Of a stretch of 64,000 nt of DNA, positions 61,729 through 64,000 are shown one piece after another. The DNA is from a virus (Duplodnaviria; Caudoviricetes): the IMG/VR virus record IMGVR_UViG_3300010050_000018, positions 2,723 to 66,722 of that record. The stretch is one strand, 5' to 3'. The notes below the pieces were generated by a model that had not been told where the DNA came from, did not search any database, and saw only the letters and a list, made by a program, of their open reading frames with translations. Made by a program: the position numbers and the translations under genes. Numbering within the stretch: the stretch's first letter is position 1; the number at the start of each line of letters is the position of its first letter.

Positions 61729-62153
61729 TCGTCGGGAACGTTCGAGACATCATGGCGACGGTCTCCGGAGCCGCGGTAGCGGTGGGGATCATGCTGGTGA
61801 TCTATGAGGGGATCCCGCTGGGCCCACTACGCGACATCCCGCTGCTGGGTCCCGCGCTCGAGGTCATCACCGACGGCCGTGTCGACAGGGAGCGCAAGGC
61901 GGCACGCGCCGGCTTGGTCCAGGAGGCCAAGCTGGTCGCCGCCGAGGCCGAGCTCGCCGAGACACACCGGCAGCTCGCCGCCGGCCGCGTCGCCACCGAG
62001 GGTTTCGCGGAGCTGCTCGCGGCGGCGCAAGCCCGCGAGGCCGAGCTCGACGTCGCCAGCCAGCAGAAGGAGGCCGAGTATGAAGTGCAACTTGCTGATC
62101 GGGGTCGCGTTTGCCGTCTCGATGCCGATGATCTCCGCTTTCTCATGCGTTGA
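61725..62153 (+). CDS. Inner-membrane spanin (Rz-like)
   Basis: N-terminal TM plus coiled coil; overlapped by lipoprotein gene. Confidence 0.7.
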   Translation: MIVGNVRDIMATVSGAAVAVGIMLVIYEGIPLGPLRDIPLLGPALEVITDGRVDRERKAARAGLVQEAKLVAAEAELAETHRQLAAGRVATEGFAELLAAAQAREAELDVASQQKEAEYEVQLADRGRVCRLDADDLRFLMR

Positions 62154-62394
62154 TGCCGCGATGAGGCAGGCCGCAGGGACCAAAGGGCGCGTCGACGCCG
62201 GCGTCGTCTTGCCCGATCTCCCCCAGGACTGTCGTCGCAAGGAGCCCTACGCGGCCCGTGGGTTGGGCTCCGAGGCCCGGACGGTTATCCGCCGGGCCGA
62301 TGACGCCCTGGATCGGGCCAACGGCCGTGTGACGCGCTGTGCGGCGTTCTGGGACACCACCAAAGCCGGTCTGGAAGCGAGGCGAGGAAGATGA
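62080..62394 (+). CDS. Outer-membrane spanin (Rz1-like)
   Basis: MKCNLLIGVAFAVSMPMISAFSC signal with lipobox-like end, LPDLPQDC; overlaps Rz in another frame. Confidence 0.65.
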   Translation: MKCNLLIGVAFAVSMPMISAFSCVDAAMRQAAGTKGRVDAGVVLPDLPQDCRRKEPYAARGLGSEARTVIRRADDALDRANGRVTRCAAFWDTTKAGLEARRGR

Positions 62395-62759
62395 GCGGTA
62401 GTCGGGAGACGATTGGGGAGCGTCAGGTGCGGGTCGAGGAGCAGTTGAAGGCGGTGGAGAAGGCTCTTGTTGTACTGGCCCAGCAAGGCACCGAGGCCGC
62501 AGAATCCAGAAAACTGCAGTACCAGGCCGCAGAAAACCTGCGCATCGAAATCAACGGCCTGAAGCACCGGCTGGATGGTGTCGAGAAGTCGATCGAGGCG
62601 ATCAGGCCAACCACCGCAGAGTACGCGCAGGTGCGCGATCGCGTCGCCTTCGCCGGGACGCTCGGCAAAGCGGCCTGGGCCATCGGCAGGAACCTGCTCG
62701 CCGCCGCCGCTGGCGCAGCAGCGGCCTGGTACGCGATCACCGGCCGGCCCCCGCCATAG
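62391..62759 (+). CDS. Coiled-coil protein with C-terminal TM
   Basis: Common at the end of lysis cassettes. Confidence 0.75.
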   Translation: MSGSRETIGERQVRVEEQLKAVEKALVVLAQQGTEAAESRKLQYQAAENLRIEINGLKHRLDGVEKSIEAIRPTTAEYAQVRDRVAFAGTLGKAAWAIGRNLLAAAAGAAAAWYAITGRPPP

Positions 62760-62809
62760 CGAAGATCCGCGCCCGGCGGTACCGGGCATCAACTAAGGAG
62801 AAGACTGAA

Positions 62810-63055
62810 ATGTCCACAACTATGAGAGCAAAAATGAAGGTCTCGCGCGTTGAGCGTTGGGACGGCGCCGATAAGGTGACGATGATTGCGGTCTGCAAGC
62901 CAAGCGGCTACCCGGCAGACGGCAGCGATGAAGACAACACCTACGCGAAGTTCTCACCGCAAGGCGAACTGACGCTGACCATCGCGAATCCCGCTCTCGT
63001 CGGTAGGATTGAGCCAGGCACTACCTTCTATCTGGACTTCACGCCGGCTCAATAG
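62810..63055 (+). CDS. Conserved phage hypothetical protein
   Basis: MRAKM.V...EDNTYAKFSPQGELTLTIANP...FYLDFTPA. Confidence 0.85.
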   Translation: MSTTMRAKMKVSRVERWDGADKVTMIAVCKPSGYPADGSDEDNTYAKFSPQGELTLTIANPALVGRIEPGTTFYLDFTPAQ

Positions 63056-63077
63056 GCCCGGCTTCCATCGGCATCCG

Positions 63078-63111
63078 CCCCCGTCACCGAAAGGTGGCGG
63101 GGGTCTTTTTT
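63078..63111 (+). terminator. Rho-independent terminator of late operon
   Basis: CCCCCGTCACC-GAAA-GGTGGCGGGGG followed by TCTTTTTT. Confidence 0.85.
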
Positions 63112-63115
63112 GCGT

Positions 63116-64000
63116 TTATGGGACAAGAACCGCTGTCGCCGTGGCGTGGCGCAGCTTCTCCTCACCGCGGAGGTGCCTGACTACGGCATGAAGAACCGGA
63201 TGGACGGGCACCGCGGATTTTCTGCCGGCTCCGATCGGCACCGCAAACGCGGCGGTATGCAGATGCTCAAGGGCTTGCCATAGCTCGTCGCGCTTTTCCT
63301 GGCGGATGGCCGGAATGGCACGACCGACATAGATCATGCGGTCGTCGGCCTCGATCGCGAGCAGTAGGGACGGCGCCGCACCGCGTTTGCGCTCATAGCC
63401 GATCACGACGAACTCGCCGGTGACATAGCACTTCGTCTTGAGCCAGTCCTTGCTGTCGCCGCCCCGATAAATGCTGGCGCGGCGCTTCGATACAATGCCC
63501 TCGAGATCCATCTTTTCGACTGCAGCAAAGAACTCGGCGCCCGAGCCTTCAAAGGACTGGCTGAATTGCAGCGGCGACGTGGGCCGTGGATCGCCGAGCA
63601 GCTCGTGCAATTGCTGCCGGCGGTCTTCGCAGCGCTGCTTGCGGAGGTCGTTCCCGTCGAGCCCGAGCAGATCGAAGGCATAGAAGATCAGGCGGGCACT
63701 TTCCCATCTGATGGCGCTGGCAAGCTTCTTGAAATCGGACCGCCCGGTCTCGTCCTGCACGACCATTTCGCCGTCGAGTATGGCATCCCGCGAAATCATG
63801 TCGCGAGCGGCTGTCAGAACGCCACGATACTTCTTCGACCAGTCGACGCCGTTGCGGGTATAGGCGACGACTCTGGCACCACTCAGATGGATCTGGGTGC
63901 GATAGCCGTCATACTTGATTTCATGGGTCCAGCGATCCCCCTCAGGCGGCGCGTCGACCAAGGTCGGAATGCAAGGCTGGATGAATGGACCGGCCGCCAT
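63116..64000 (-). CDS. ATP-dependent DNA ligase (LigD ligase-domain type)
   Basis: EIKYDGYR (I), LDGEMV (III), YAFDLL (IIIa), EGIVSK (IV), WLKTK (V). Confidence 0.92.
   Translation of the reverse strand: MAAGPFIQPCIPTLVDAPPEGDRWTHEIKYDGYRTQIHLSGARVVAYTRNGVDWSKKYRGVLTAARDMISRDAILDGEMVVQDETGRSDFKKLASAIRWESARLIFYAFDLLGLDGNDLRKQRCEDRRQQLHELLGDPRPTSPLQFSQSFEGSGAEFFAAVEKMDLEGIVSKRRASIYRGGDSKDWLKTKCYVTGEFVVIGYERKRGAAPSLLLAIEADDRMIYVGRAIPAIRQEKRDELWQALEHLHTAAFAVPIGAGRKSAVPVHPVLHAVVRHLRGEEKLRHATATAVLVP

Larger units (their letters stand above)
1..64000. mobile_element. Temperate siphovirus-like prophage, HK97-type head, nearly complete; att sites not visible in window
   Basis: Lambdoid gene order: integrase - leftward early genes - cI/cro - replication - terminase/head/tail - lysis; no host housekeeping genes seen. 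Confidence 0.95.

Noticed and set aside
1-64000. CtrA boxes (TTAA-N7-TTAA)
   Set aside because: The few TTAA tetramers I found (e.g. near 9453, 11608, 17588, 26307, 34115, 34621) have no partner at 7-bp spacing; a PWM scan could still find weak sites.
1-64000. CRISPR array, tRNA, reverse transcriptase/DGR/retron, intein, IS element
   Set aside because: No repeat-spacer array, cloverleaf, YxDD RT motif, intein motifs or transposase seen by eye.

Overview
The whole window reads as one nearly complete temperate siphovirus-type prophage of a high-GC Alphaproteobacterium (host group inferred from GcrA/CtrA/GapR-type genes, probably Hyphomicrobiales). The left arm (minus strand, 1-15482) runs from a large serine integrase cut by the window edge through DUF5131, a J-domain protein, a stand-alone DnaA domain IV, two DEDDh exonucleases, a GIY-YIG homing endonuclease and a YqaJ/annealing-protein recombination module. 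The immunity region (15500-17100) has cI (HTH plus S24), cro, three or four 16-bp operators, twin PL/PR promoters and a candidate structured RNA. The right early arm carries GcrA-, GapR- and CtrA-like regulators, RuvC-like, an MTase-like protein, a HerA ATPase with five HTH repeats, ParB, a Mom-like GNAT, primase and helicase. The late arm is HK97-like: HNH, cos region, terminase, portal, protease, capsid, an inserted fibre module, a long non-contractile tail with a -1 frameshifted chaperone, tip and fibre genes, then lysis, a terminator and a convergent ATP-dependent ligase. Three antisense morons are present (HNH, secreted protein, FkbM methyltransferase). The most notable points are (1) an apparent phage copy of the host cell-cycle circuit (DnaA-IV, GcrA, GapR, pseudo-receiver CtrA) with GcrA-type TGATTCG sites in control regions, (2) an exact 24-bp inverted repeat ending two nuclease genes (AIPERF-stop-ATG) that brackets the genetic switch, (3) a candidate ncRNA between cI and PL and (4) two inverted clusters of phased TGTCCCC repeats. 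All family calls come from motif recognition by eye; no database searches were run.
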